Positions 34,603 to 43,474 of a stretch of DNA of 58,489 nt are shown here, one piece after another; within the stretch, counting starts at the first letter, position 1; every line of letters starts with the position of its first letter. A program made the translations under genes and the position numbers. The stretch covers positions 1 through 58,489 of the forward strand of contig JBMNNQ010000003.1 of the NCBI GenBank assembly GCA_050942615.1. The letters are read 5' to 3'. Source of the stretch: Dethiobacteria bacterium. GTDB lineage: Bacteria; Bacillota; Dethiobacteria; DTU022; UBA8154. Below the pieces are notes generated by a model. It was not told where the DNA came from, did no database searches, and worked only from the letters and a program-made list of their open reading frames with translations.

Positions 34603-35205
34603 ATGCTTTTACAGGGGAAAAAAATCGGTTTTGCATTGACCATGACCCAATTAGGCAACGTTACTATCCTGCAGGAAATAGAAAAAATTATGATTGCCGG
34701 GGCAGAACTAGCCATTATCCTTTTGGATCCCAAGGCCAAAGAAGAGGCCCTTTGGGAACGGTTTCAGATTATCTTTCAAGCTGCTGGCACAAAAATTCGA
34801 CAGGAACAGACATTAAACCACACTGTGCACGCCGCAAAACCGGGGGAAATTAGTTCCCCAACAACCTACCCCTTTTTAGATCTGCTGATCATTGTGCCTG
34901 ATTCGGCAACCTTACTTGGTTTTCTGGAACAATTTGTGGCCGAAAACCGCCTCAATCTACCCCTGGTGCTGGTCACTTCCTTGGGAAACAAACCGGTGCT
35001 CCCCTGGGGGCAGATCTCCACCCTTATGAAGAAAAAGGGTATCTTTTTTGTTCCTTTTGGACCCATTGAATTGAAACAAGATCAAAAAGGAGACAATGAG
35101 CTCATTTTCAGCCGCATGGACCTGCTGACAGAAACTTGTGCCGCTGCCCTGGAAGGACACCAGCTGGAACCCTCTGCCTGGGAAAATCTTTCCCTGCCCC
35201 ACTGA
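34603..35205 (+). CDS. Dipicolinate synthase subunit B (DpaB/SpoVFB)-like flavoprotein-fold protein, with a degenerate cofactor motif
   Basis: 200-aa ORF. LQGKKIGFALTMTQLG aligns with B. subtilis DpaB LKGKRIGFGLTGSHCT. GIFFVPFGP...SRMDLLTETCAAALEGHQLEP aligns with NIFFIPFGQ...AKMDLLPQTIEKALMHQQLQP. No dpaA-like gene is adjacent. Confidence 0.55.
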   Translation: MLLQGKKIGFALTMTQLGNVTILQEIEKIMIAGAELAIILLDPKAKEEALWERFQIIFQAAGTKIRQEQTLNHTVHAAKPGEISSPTTYPFLDLLIIVPDSATLLGFLEQFVAENRLNLPLVLVTSLGNKPVLPWGQISTLMKKKGIFFVPFGPIELKQDQKGDNELIFSRMDLLTETCAAALEGHQLEPSAWENLSLPH

Positions 35206-35428
35206 TTAATTGTCAACCAGGTTTCTTCAAGCCCGGACATCAACCTTTATTAAAGGAAGGTTTTCTACAAAAACGCTGCTTTATTTCCCGGGAAAAGGGG
35301 CATGCTAGGATTAATTATCCTTGCAAAATATCCTGGCGGCAACAAACAGCCCCAACAAGCTATCGCATACAGAATATTAATTCCCAATTTGTAGGCCTAT
35401 CATTTTAAAGGGTTGGTGCAGCTGACTG

Positions 35429-35875
35429 ATGGAACTGAATTTGTTTGCTCTTTTATTGGCCGCGCTGGCCGGCGCCACCATGGCTGTACAAGGCACGCTG
35501 AATGCCTCGCTGAGCAAAGTTGTGGGCTTGCTGGAAGCTACGTTGATCGTGATGATCATCGGCGCCCTGACAACCTTGCTGGCCTTATATCCCTGCGGGC
35601 TGGGTAAGGGCAACGTCCTAAAATTGGGGACGGCTCCCTGGTATACCTTGGGGGGAGGGGTACTGATTGTGCTGATCACCTATGGGGTGGCCGCCAGTAT
35701 TCCCAAAGTGGGGGTGGCCAACGCCACCACGGCAATTGTTGCCGCCCAGGTAGCGACCGCCCTGTTAATCGATCATTGCGGCTTTTTCGGCATGGAGGCC
35801 CTTTCTTTCACTTGGTGGAAGGCGCTGGGCCTGGTATTTTTAGTAACAGGAACCTATATCATGTTAATGCAATAA
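35429..35875 (+). CDS. DMT-superfamily membrane protein (DUF606/YdcZ-like)
   Basis: 148-aa ORF with 4-5 TM helices. LLAALAGATMAVQGTLNASLSKVVG resembles the DUF606 N-terminal signature. Confidence 0.55.
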   Translation: MELNLFALLLAALAGATMAVQGTLNASLSKVVGLLEATLIVMIIGALTTLLALYPCGLGKGNVLKLGTAPWYTLGGGVLIVLITYGVAASIPKVGVANATTAIVAAQVATALLIDHCGFFGMEALSFTWWKALGLVFLVTGTYIMLMQ

Positions 35876-35993
35876 AAAAATGAAGTAAAATATTAATAAC
35901 CGACAGAAACCGTCATATTTCGACACATGGGGAAAGGGCACCCTTTTGCGAGGTTAACAGAAAAATAAAACAAGACGCCGGGTACACCTTGCA

Positions 35994-36025
35994 GACAAAC
36001 AAAAAAGCCGGGTAAATTTCCGGCT
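35994..36025 (-). terminator. Rho-independent terminator after the bifunctional-nuclease gene
   Basis: The minus strand reads AGCCGG-aaatttac-CCGGCT followed by TTTTTTGTTTG. Confidence 0.6.
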
Positions 36026-36144
36026 CCTGTTATAAGCAAGGTGTCTTAACATAATACAGGTATAAGGTATACAGGTGTGGCCTTTAGGCAACCGTCCATG
36101 GCAATCCGGGCCGCAGGAACCCGGTTACTTTAAACAAGGGTTAT

Positions 36145-36600
36145 TCAGTGTAAAACATTTTCATCATCTTCACCAAAAAATTCTTCAAAATTTTCCTTCA
36201 GCACTTCGCCAAAAGGCAAGGAATGTTCGGCCACTTTTTCTGTAATAAAAAGCGGTGTCCCGCTGGTCAGAGCCAGGGCTACACCATCGCTGGGCCGGGA
36301 ATCAACTATAATTTCCTGGTTATCTTTTTCCAGAAAAATCTGCGCATAATAAGTGCCTTCACGGATATCGTTTACCACGATTTTACGAATAGTTGCATCC
36401 AGTTTTTGACAAAGCGATACGATCAGATCATGGGTTAACGGCCGTGGCAGCACAAATCCGTCCAGCCGCAGGGATATTATCTGGGCTTCACCGAGGCCGA
36501 TGCCGATCGGCAAAATTATTGTCTCCTCCTGATCCATCAACAACAACAAAGGATTTTGTTCCTGATCCAACCCCACACCTTTTACTTTTACTGCAATCAT
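36145..36600 (-). CDS. Bifunctional nuclease family protein (DUF151/BFN)
   Basis: ATG at 36600 gives MIAVKVKGVGLDQEQNPLLLLMDQEE..ILPIGIGLGEAQII...PRPLTHDL...VVNDIREGTYYAQIFL...VDSRPSDGVALAL, the typical BFN pattern. The ORF is open upstream to 36723, but that extension has no family support. Confidence 0.75.
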   Translation of the reverse strand: MIAVKVKGVGLDQEQNPLLLLMDQEETIILPIGIGLGEAQIISLRLDGFVLPRPLTHDLIVSLCQKLDATIRKIVVNDIREGTYYAQIFLEKDNQEIIVDSRPSDGVALALTSGTPLFITEKVAEHSLPFGEVLKENFEEFFGEDDENVLH

Positions 36601-36736
36601 TTTTTTCTGACCCGGCTCAAAGAGGAAGCCGGGCCGACACCTCCTTTCTTCCCTGAAATCTTCCAGATTTCCCGTCCCGGGAAGAATTGCCTTGATCATA
36701 CCAGATGTACAGACCAGGGGCAATATTATAAGAGTT

Positions 36737-37864
36737 TTATTTTAAACTTTTACTTTTGGCATTTTGGACCAGGGAAAAAATTTTGGCTACAGTTTTCTCC
36801 ACCTTTACACTTTGTTCCTGAATTTTTTGCAGTAAGTTTTCCTGGTGCTCTTCATCCTGGGAAAGAACCTTTTTTAACTCTGCCAAAAGCTTTTGTGAGG
36901 TAAGCTCCTCCAGGGAAAAGGCGGGCTTTTCACCTATATTCTTTAAAAATGCGTTTACTTTCGGATCATAGGGCAGTGCAATAAAGGGCACACCGCTAAG
37001 TGCAGCAAAAATCAGGGCATGCAGCCGCATCCCAATCAACAGGTCAAGCTCTCCCATTAGCTGCAAAAGTTTATCCGGTGCAAGGGGTCCTTCATAAACC
37101 TTCCCTTTGGAAAGAGGATGGGAGGCCATCACCTTTGCCAAAGGGAAATCCTTTTTGCGATGAAAAGGCAGGTAAAGCAATTTGGCTCCAAATTCCTGGC
37201 GCAAATAATAGCACCCGTTGGCGATTACCGTTTGTATTTTCTGATCAAAAACCTTTTCACCAGGATAAGGACGGAGGGCGATCCCCACTAATAGTTCACC
37301 CGGTGGTCTTCTTAGGCCACTGCCTTCCCGAAAAGGGGCCCTTCCCCGGGGGGCAGCCGGGCGCAAGGAAAAAACCGGATCGGCGGTGATTTCAATTTCC
37401 TTGCTAATCCCCAAATCCCTTAAAAAACAGGCCGAAGCCACATCCCGCACGCTGATAAAATCAACCCGGGAAAGCACCTTTTTTACCGCAAGCCGGCTCC
37501 AACGGGAACGCAACGGCCCCACCCCCTGGGCAAAAACAGCAACCTTGGCACCCAGGAATCTGGCCAGTTCCATCATGCCCAAATAGTAGGGTATTGTGCG
37601 GGGGCCGGTCACATCCTGCAACAGCCCGCCGCCGCCGCTGACCAGCAGATCGGCCCGGCGCAGGGTACTGACGATGGAAGAAAGGCAAGTACGGGAGACC
37701 GCCTCAACCTGGTAGGCCTTGCGGGTATGGCCCGGATCTGCAGAAAAAACAATGAGTTCAATATCCGGTTGGCAGCGGCGCAAAGCTGTAACCAAAGCCT
37801 TTAAAATAGCTTCATCCCCGGCATTGTGAAAACCATAGTAACCCGAAAGGGCAATTACGGTCAA
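36737..37864 (-). CDS. csaB: Polysaccharide pyruvyl transferase CsaB
   Basis: 375-aa ORF. The N-terminal VIALSGYYGFHNAGDEAILKALV and the overall length are typical of CsaB, the enzyme that pyruvylates secondary cell wall polymer for SLH-domain anchoring. Confidence 0.75.
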   Translation of the reverse strand: MTVIALSGYYGFHNAGDEAILKALVTALRRCQPDIELIVFSADPGHTRKAYQVEAVSRTCLSSIVSTLRRADLLVSGGGGLLQDVTGPRTIPYYLGMMELARFLGAKVAVFAQGVGPLRSRWSRLAVKKVLSRVDFISVRDVASACFLRDLGISKEIEITADPVFSLRPAAPRGRAPFREGSGLRRPPGELLVGIALRPYPGEKVFDQKIQTVIANGCYYLRQEFGAKLLYLPFHRKKDFPLAKVMASHPLSKGKVYEGPLAPDKLLQLMGELDLLIGMRLHALIFAALSGVPFIALPYDPKVNAFLKNIGEKPAFSLEELTSQKLLAELKKVLSQDEEHQENLLQKIQEQSVKVEKTVAKIFSLVQNAKSKSLK

Positions 37865-37914
37865 TAGTGCATCCCCTTCCTGCTAAAGACCCGTTTACCA
37901 GCCTTTTCTGCATC

Positions 37915-38487
37915 TTATTCCACTTGGTAGTCACCGCGTATTAAAAAAATAACCTGTGTTTCCGGTATGATGCCCCGCCCGTCGTCACGGGAGGAAAGAA
38001 GCAGGTGATCGGCCTTAACAGGAGCCCCGGAAATCAAGTTGCATCCTGCCGTCAGATCTGAAAGCCCGCCCCCGGGGCCCGCCAAAACCTTGGCCCGGCC
38101 GCTGCGTAAAATCATTTCTGTCCCGGAACCGGCCAGCATTTTTTCCCCGGCAGCGATCGTCACAATTTCAAAAGCTGCAGCTGAAACCGCAGGCTCTGCA
38201 GGTGCAGGCCGCCCGGTTTCACACGTTTCCAATTTTTGCAGGCGTTCTTCCAAAAGCCGGCGTTTATTTTGTTCTTCCTGCAAGGCCTGGGAAAGATAGG
38301 CCTTGGCCCAACTCTCCGTGATCAAAGGATCACTTTCAGAGCCGGGGGCAGTTGTACCGGCATTGGCAGCCTGTCCCCCGATGAAAATTACCAGCAGCAA
38401 CCCCAAAGATAACGCGCCCAACCACCACCATTGTGCAACCCGCCTGCTGCAACCCGGTGTTTTTACGCCCGGATCAGGCTTTTGCAT
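37915..38487 (-). CDS. Hypothetical membrane-anchored protein
   Basis: 190-aa ORF with a signal-anchor (WWWLGALSLGLLLVIFIGGQAANA), a short coiled coil (QEEQNKRRLLEERLQKLE) and a beta-rich C-terminal domain. No family was recognised. Confidence 0.4.
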   Translation of the reverse strand: MQKPDPGVKTPGCSRRVAQWWWLGALSLGLLLVIFIGGQAANAGTTAPGSESDPLITESWAKAYLSQALQEEQNKRRLLEERLQKLETCETGRPAPAEPAVSAAAFEIVTIAAGEKMLAGSGTEMILRSGRAKVLAGPGGGLSDLTAGCNLISGAPVKADHLLLSSRDDGRGIIPETQVIFLIRGDYQVE

Positions 38488-38516
38488 GATGTAAAGCCCC
38501 CTTTGCTACATTTTCT

Positions 38517-39641
38517 TCATACATATCTGCGGCGACACTGTTCCAAAAACTCTTCTTCGCTGCGGCCTTCTGCCTCCAACTGCATCCGAATCGTCTCTAC
38601 CTGTGCATAGCGCTGTACATCCTTCAGATCCCTTAAAAAGCGATAAAGACCCAGTCTGCGCCCAATCCTGAAATTAGCCCTTCTTTCCAGGGGCATGCCC
38701 AGATAGCTGTCGATTATCTCCAGCAGCGCCTGCCGATCACGGGAAAGATCGCCTTCAATTTCTTCCAGAAGATTAAGAATGTGGTCACTGACAATGTAAC
38801 TGCCGGCCTGCAGGTTTTCCAGCAGCAACCTTTCTTCATTAACAACACTGTCATCATCCAACAGCTTAAATTCCCCGGCCAGAACCTTTTCCTGCAGGGG
38901 TGTCCCCCCCCGGGCTGTCAGGGTGCGTATGCGGATAAAGTGCGGATCGATGGCGCTGAGAACCTTGGCCGTATCCACAGCATGTTCCAGCCACATTTTG
39001 CGCCCGCCCAACCCTAAGAGCACATATTCGCTCAGGCTTAAACCGGCTTCCTTGACCTTTAAGCCGGCCTCAATATGTTCGGCGGCGGTCACCCCTTTGC
39101 GCATGTATGCCAAAAGGGGATCGTGCCCGGATTCCAGCCCGATATGTACCCTGTTTAAACCTGCTTCCCGCACCAGCTGCAGTTCAGAAACGTTCCGCCT
39201 GCTAACTGTTTTGGAGCGGGCATAGGTTGTAATCCTTTCCACCGTAGGAAACTGTTCCCTGATAAGAGTAAGCACCTCTGCCAGCTGTTCCGCCGGCATA
39301 ATCAAATTGTCGCCATCCTGCAAAAAAACGTTCTTTCCCCCGTGATATAGCCAGAAAGCAACCTGCAGCAGTTCCGGTTCCTGACGGTAGACAGCCTGCA
39401 GTGTATTGCGGCTTATCTTTAACTCTTCACCTAATTGAAAGGCATAGGCCTTAACCTTGGCCTGCGCCTTGGCCAGCGCTTCAATATCCTTTTTAATCTC
39501 TTCAACCGTGCGGCGGGAAAATTTTTTCCCCTTATAGGAGGGACAAAACAAACATTTATTCCAGGGGCAGTTGCGCGTCACCCTGATAAAAAGGCTTTCT
39601 GCCTCACTGGGGGGGCGGATCGGCCCCTGTTCAAAAGTCAT
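38517..39641 (-). CDS. Radical SAM domain protein
   Basis: ATG at 39641 sits 9 nt after GAAGGTGG. MTFEQGPIRPPSEAESLFIRVTRNCPWNKCLFCPSY carries the Cys cluster. The TIM-barrel-like body contains GLNRVHIGLESG. The ORF is open upstream to 39707. Confidence 0.7.
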   Translation of the reverse strand: MTFEQGPIRPPSEAESLFIRVTRNCPWNKCLFCPSYKGKKFSRRTVEEIKKDIEALAKAQAKVKAYAFQLGEELKISRNTLQAVYRQEPELLQVAFWLYHGGKNVFLQDGDNLIMPAEQLAEVLTLIREQFPTVERITTYARSKTVSRRNVSELQLVREAGLNRVHIGLESGHDPLLAYMRKGVTAAEHIEAGLKVKEAGLSLSEYVLLGLGGRKMWLEHAVDTAKVLSAIDPHFIRIRTLTARGGTPLQEKVLAGEFKLLDDDSVVNEERLLLENLQAGSYIVSDHILNLLEEIEGDLSRDRQALLEIIDSYLGMPLERRANFRIGRRLGLYRFLRDLKDVQRYAQVETIRMQLEAEGRSEEEFLEQCRRRYV

Positions 39642-39937
39642 TAATTCAGCACCACCTTCAGAGCATGCACAGCACTTCTTTATATATATTATGCAGCAGC
39701 TGCCCATTAAAATTCTCCAGGCTTGCCTTTAAAAGGAAGGGCCAGTATAATAAACTTGATAACAGTTCCTTTTCCAAGCAACTTTCCCGGCAGCCTGCCG
39801 CCATCAGAAAACTGGGGCAGGCCCCCCTGCACATTATAAGCAAAGGGTAAATTGCATTGCCTGGTAAAAGAAGATAAAGGAAACTGCCCGAGAGGTGATC
39901 GGCCCTGGAAGAAGAACAAATTTTTGTTCAACAGCGC

Positions 39938-40549
39938 ATGCGCATGGTCAAACAACAACTACTGCCGCGCGGCATTAAAAACCCGCGGGTTTTAGAGGTT
40001 TTTAACAAACTGCCGCGCCAGCTTTTTGTCAGCCCGGAACAAAAACACTTAGCCTACGGGGATCATCCTCTTCCCCTCAACCTGGGACAAACCATTTCCC
40101 AGCCCTACATCGTCGCCCTGATGACCCAGTCCCTGGAACTGCACGGCCATGAAAAAATATTGGAAATCGGCACGGGTTCCGGCTACCAGACCGCTATCCT
40201 GGCTGAACTGGCCGCTCAGGTCTATACAATAGAACGATTTTCCGCCCTGGCGGAAAAAGCAGAGGAAATCTTACAAAAAATGGGTTACCAAAATATCTGC
40301 TTCCGCATTGGTGATGGCGCCGCAGGATGGCCGGAAAAGGCTCCTTTTGATTGTATTCTAGCAGCTGCAGCCCCGGAAAACGTACCGCCGGCCCTTTTAG
40401 AGCAGCTAACCGCAGCAGGCGGCCGCCTGATAATACCCTTGGGCAGCGCCTTGCACCAGGAGCTGACGCTTATTGTAAAAGAGGGGGAGAAGATAACCCG
40501 CCAGGTCCTTTGCAACTGCCGCTTTGTACCGCTGGTTACGGAAAATTGA
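39938..40549 (+). CDS. pcm: Protein-L-isoaspartate O-methyltransferase
   Basis: 203-aa ORF. Motifs: GQTISQPYIVALMTQ, SAM-binding ILEIGTGSGYQTAILA, FDCILAAAA..VPPALLEQL..GGRLIIP. Confidence 0.93.
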   Translation: MRMVKQQLLPRGIKNPRVLEVFNKLPRQLFVSPEQKHLAYGDHPLPLNLGQTISQPYIVALMTQSLELHGHEKILEIGTGSGYQTAILAELAAQVYTIERFSALAEKAEEILQKMGYQNICFRIGDGAAGWPEKAPFDCILAAAAPENVPPALLEQLTAAGGRLIIPLGSALHQELTLIVKEGEKITRQVLCNCRFVPLVTEN

Positions 40550-40800
40550 CAGCATACCTGCAGTAATCCTGTCCCCACAGGGAAAACTTCAGGACACTTT
40601 TTTTAACGTCAGGCCCTGCAGGTGTAAGCCTGCTAAACAGTTTTAAATAGACTGGCTGAAGAACCAGCGTTTGCGCCACACCCGGAAACCTTTATACCTT
40701 TGACTATATTATTTTTTAGCTTTCAACTGTCAGCCGAATAAAAACACCGGCTGCTACGTTACAGCAATTTATTATCAGTTGCCCCGTCCTGCTGTTAATT

Positions 40801-41538
40801 TCAGGCCAGTTCTACCTGCCCCCAGGCGGCAATTTTATCCGCCAAAATCAGCAGGGCCCCTTTTACGCCGGGTATGCTGCAGGCAAATTCAAGGGCTTCT
40901 TTCAGATCTGCAGGGCACTGGACCATGTTGGCCGCAGCCGTGGCTACAGCGTCGGCCAGGGCGGCAGCGTCAGCTAAGATTACGGCCGCATCAGCCCGCC
41001 CCCGGCTGTAAGAATGCCCTTTGGTGCCGGAAGAAGTGCAGATACCGCAAAGCCCGGCCCGGGGTCGAACCCTGACCGCCATTTTTCCACCGGGGAACGC
41101 ATCCCCGGCGAGCACACCGACGGTAACCGGCTGGCTGCAGCGCAGAAAAATATCGCCGCCATTTTCCACAATCACAGCGCGGGAAAATTGCAGCAGCCAT
41201 TCACCGGCGCATTGGGCAAAAGCCCCTGCCACGGCAGCCATGGGGCCAACTCCGGCCAAGTTGCCGGCGCGGGCCATCTCCAAAGCCAACGGCGGGGCCC
41301 CGGGGCCGACCAGGTAGGGTTGCAAGGTTTGGGCAAAGACAGGATCCTGTTGGATATAGGCCTCTAAAAAACGCCGCTGCCGCCAGATAAAGGACTCCAA
41401 CTTTCCCGGCAAATCCGGCGTCAGCGCTTCGCGGTCAACCGCAAGCCACAGATCTGTTTCTTTCACGGCAATTGTAAAGGAAACCATCCCTGCCGGGCAA
41501 AGCCCCTGCCGGTAACCCCTTCCCCCTGCAGCCTGCAT
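40801..41538 (-). CDS. UPF0280 / COG2122 ApbE-like protein (homocysteine-biosynthesis associated)
   Basis: ATG at 41538 lies 1 nt after the upstream stop. Motifs: KETDLWLAV, GVGPMAAVAGAFAQ, VIVENGGDIFL, GICTSSGTKGHSYSRGRADAAVIL, LADAVATAAANMV. Confidence 0.75.
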   Translation of the reverse strand: MQAAGGRGYRQGLCPAGMVSFTIAVKETDLWLAVDREALTPDLPGKLESFIWRQRRFLEAYIQQDPVFAQTLQPYLVGPGAPPLALEMARAGNLAGVGPMAAVAGAFAQCAGEWLLQFSRAVIVENGGDIFLRCSQPVTVGVLAGDAFPGGKMAVRVRPRAGLCGICTSSGTKGHSYSRGRADAAVILADAAALADAVATAAANMVQCPADLKEALEFACSIPGVKGALLILADKIAAWGQVELA

Positions 41539-41539
41539 C

Positions 41540-41944
41540 TTAATAATGCGCCTCCATCGCCCGTGAAGGGCAGGCCTTAAGACAATGTTCACAAACAATA
41601 CATTTTTCACTATAAAATTTTACATTCATTGACGGCCGTTCCACAACCAAGGCCCCGGTCGGACAGATTACGCTGCAGGCGCCGCATTGGGTGCAGCGTT
41701 CCTCAACCCAGACAATTTCCTGTTCCAGGGGAAGAATTTTGACCCCCCGGGACTGCAGAAATTCTATCCCGCTCTGAAAATCTGCCTCTTCACCGCTGAT
41801 CTCCACCACGGTGCGCCCCTCTTTATGGGGGTTGATATCGGCTTTCAGGATATTGACCATCAGATTATAATCCTTAATTAAATAATAGGTAAAAGGCTGT
41901 TCGGTCACTGTCGGCGGAAAATATAAGACAATCTTTTTTTTCAT
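41540..41944 (-). CDS. NIL domain plus 2x[4Fe-4S] ferredoxin protein
   Basis: ATG at 41944 sits 6 nt after GGAGGTG. The NIL-like N-terminus is KIVLYFPPTVTEQPFTYYLIKDYNLMVNILKADI. Two Cys clusters are present: CTQCGACSVICP and CIVCEHCLKACP. Confidence 0.8.
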   Translation of the reverse strand: MKKKIVLYFPPTVTEQPFTYYLIKDYNLMVNILKADINPHKEGRTVVEISGEEADFQSGIEFLQSRGVKILPLEQEIVWVEERCTQCGACSVICPTGALVVERPSMNVKFYSEKCIVCEHCLKACPSRAMEAHY

Positions 41945-42009
41945 GGAGGACACCTCCGGGGTTTATTCACAGGGTTTTTATTTAATAAGTCTTCTAAGTC
42001 TTCCATAGT

Positions 42010-43197
42010 TTAAACAAGGCTTCGGTAGTCGATCCCTGTCATTGATTGGGGAAGGGTAAATACAGGTTTGGTCAACAAAAATTTTCCGCCTTGTATCCAT
42101 TCCTTAAGAATCCCGGCTATTTCCCGGGCCCCGGGATAGCTGGAAAAGGAGGCGGTGGGCACAACCTTGTCCCCAATAGTAATTTCCCCGCTTTTAAGCT
42201 GGGCATAGCTGACCTGGCCCAACGTTTTCCCCTGCCCCTGAGGATAAGCCTCGCTATAGTCGACGATCGGCGCAAAAATTTCTGCGTCGCTCACTGCAGC
42301 ACACTTTAGTATTTCCACATCTAAAATAGGTACTGGTATGCCGATGCCCACCATCAGCGAGGCACCATAACCCATAAAACTGACCCCCCGCAACCAGCGG
42401 GATGCCATCTGTTTTAAATCGCCCACAACCGCCAGCGTGCCGGCCCCGGTGGTGGGCACACCATTTTCACCCCGGGGGGCCTCCGGGGAATGCTGGGTGC
42501 CAAACCAGCTTACATAACCTACCCCGCCCCCCAAAAAGATCTTGGTCCCCATCCCGATCGTGCGGTAGCAGGGATCATTCAGGAGGGGCGAAAGCTGCCC
42601 GGCGGTGCTGTAGTTGGCATTGCCCAGGCGTGGTTTAAGGATACCCATATAGGTATAGATGGTCTCCTCCGAAAGGTTAACCGCCACATTATAATTTTGG
42701 TAGGCATTGCGGGGATTGTAAAGTATGGCCTGGGGCATGTCCGCCAGCCGGATCATCTTTTGCAACTGTTTGCGGGGGTAACAATCAGTACCATAGCCTT
42801 CTGCCTCCAAAAATACTTCTTTGCCGGCTACCAGTTCCTCGATCACATGCCCCCCGCCATAACGAAATTCACCGGGGTGCATTTTATTACCCGGATCAGT
42901 CTTCGGAAGCTGTGTGGCCCCTAGATAAACATCAACTGCCGCCAGACCGGCGCAGGCTTCGACGCCATTCAAAAATACGCGTGTCATTTTCATCCGGGGT
43001 TGAGGATGCCCCAAGCATAAAAAGGCACCCGATGAACACATCGGTCCAAAAGTTGCAGTGGTAACCACGTCCACGGTTGCCGCTGTCTCCTCCAGGCCCT
43101 GTTCCCGGACCATGGGAATTACTTCTTCAGCAGTCACAACAACTGCTTCCCCAGCCCTGATTCTGGCATTAATTTCCTCATAAGTCTTCTTCTTCAA
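42010..43197 (-). CDS. COG1900/DUF39 homocysteine biosynthesis protein
   Basis: TTG at 43197 sits 8 nt after AAAGGGGG (the ORF is open to a GTG at 43206). Motifs: KKKTYEEINARIRAGEAVVVTAEE, VDVVTTATFGPMCSSGAF, YGGGHVIEELVAGKEV, GYGTDCYPRK, NPRNAYQNYNVAVN, LSPLLNDP. Confidence 0.8.
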   Translation of the reverse strand: MKKKTYEEINARIRAGEAVVVTAEEVIPMVREQGLEETAATVDVVTTATFGPMCSSGAFLCLGHPQPRMKMTRVFLNGVEACAGLAAVDVYLGATQLPKTDPGNKMHPGEFRYGGGHVIEELVAGKEVFLEAEGYGTDCYPRKQLQKMIRLADMPQAILYNPRNAYQNYNVAVNLSEETIYTYMGILKPRLGNANYSTAGQLSPLLNDPCYRTIGMGTKIFLGGGVGYVSWFGTQHSPEAPRGENGVPTTGAGTLAVVGDLKQMASRWLRGVSFMGYGASLMVGIGIPVPILDVEILKCAAVSDAEIFAPIVDYSEAYPQGQGKTLGQVSYAQLKSGEITIGDKVVPTASFSSYPGAREIAGILKEWIQGGKFLLTKPVFTLPQSMTGIDYRSLV

Positions 43198-43306
43198 TAA
43201 GGGCACCCCCTTTAAATTTTTAATCCGGTGGACACACTTTATTTACTGATTAAAAGGGTTCCTGACCCCTTGGCTAGAAACAAGTTTCTTTTACTTGCTT
43301 AAAGAA

Positions 43307-43335
43307 ATAATACCTTTACTGCAGAAGCGTGTCAA
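43307..43335 (-). promoter_or_regulatory. Sigma-A type promoter of the COG1900 operon
   Basis: The minus strand reads TTGACA (43335-43330), a 17-nt spacer, then TATTAT (43312-43307). This predicts a leader of about 95 nt. Confidence 0.5.
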
Positions 43336-43364
43336 GGGAATTGACAGCCCCGCTGCCAAATTCA

Positions 43365-43378
43365 AGACTGGCCAGTCT
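43365..43378. promoter_or_regulatory. Perfect 14-bp palindrome in the divergent intergenic region (candidate operator)
   Basis: AGACTGGCCAGTCT is its own reverse complement. It lies 19 nt downstream of a plus-strand TTGACA (43341-43346) and about 95 nt upstream of queT. Confidence 0.35.
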
Positions 43379-43474
43379 GTCCAAATCGTAAGTCACACTT
43401 GCCTGAAAAAGGAAAGCAGGCCCCCCTGTCGAAACAAATTACAAGGCATTTTACCAAAGGTGGTGTTTTAAAAC

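Noticed and set aside
36601-36723. 41-codon N-terminal extension of the bifunctional nuclease ORF
   Set aside because: It starts at a TTG with no SD and adds residues not seen in the DUF151 family pattern. ATG 36600 begins exactly at the conserved MIAVKVKGV core.
43207-43300. Expected SAM riboswitch in the homocysteine-operon leader
   Set aside because: None of the S-box blocks (CUUAUC, GGCAACC, GGUGCYAAUUCC, AGAUAAG) is present. Only two short generic hairpins are visible.
43395-43470. Possible preQ1 riboswitch upstream of queT
   Set aside because: queT genes are often preceded by preQ1-I/II/III aptamers, and the segment has an ACAAAUUACAAGG tail reminiscent of the Thermoanaerobacter preQ1-I element. 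The only adjacent stem (CAGG-CCCC-CCUG) has a 4-nt loop, too small for the aptamer, and the AAGG is about 30 nt from the real SD. This needs a covariance-model scan before any claim.
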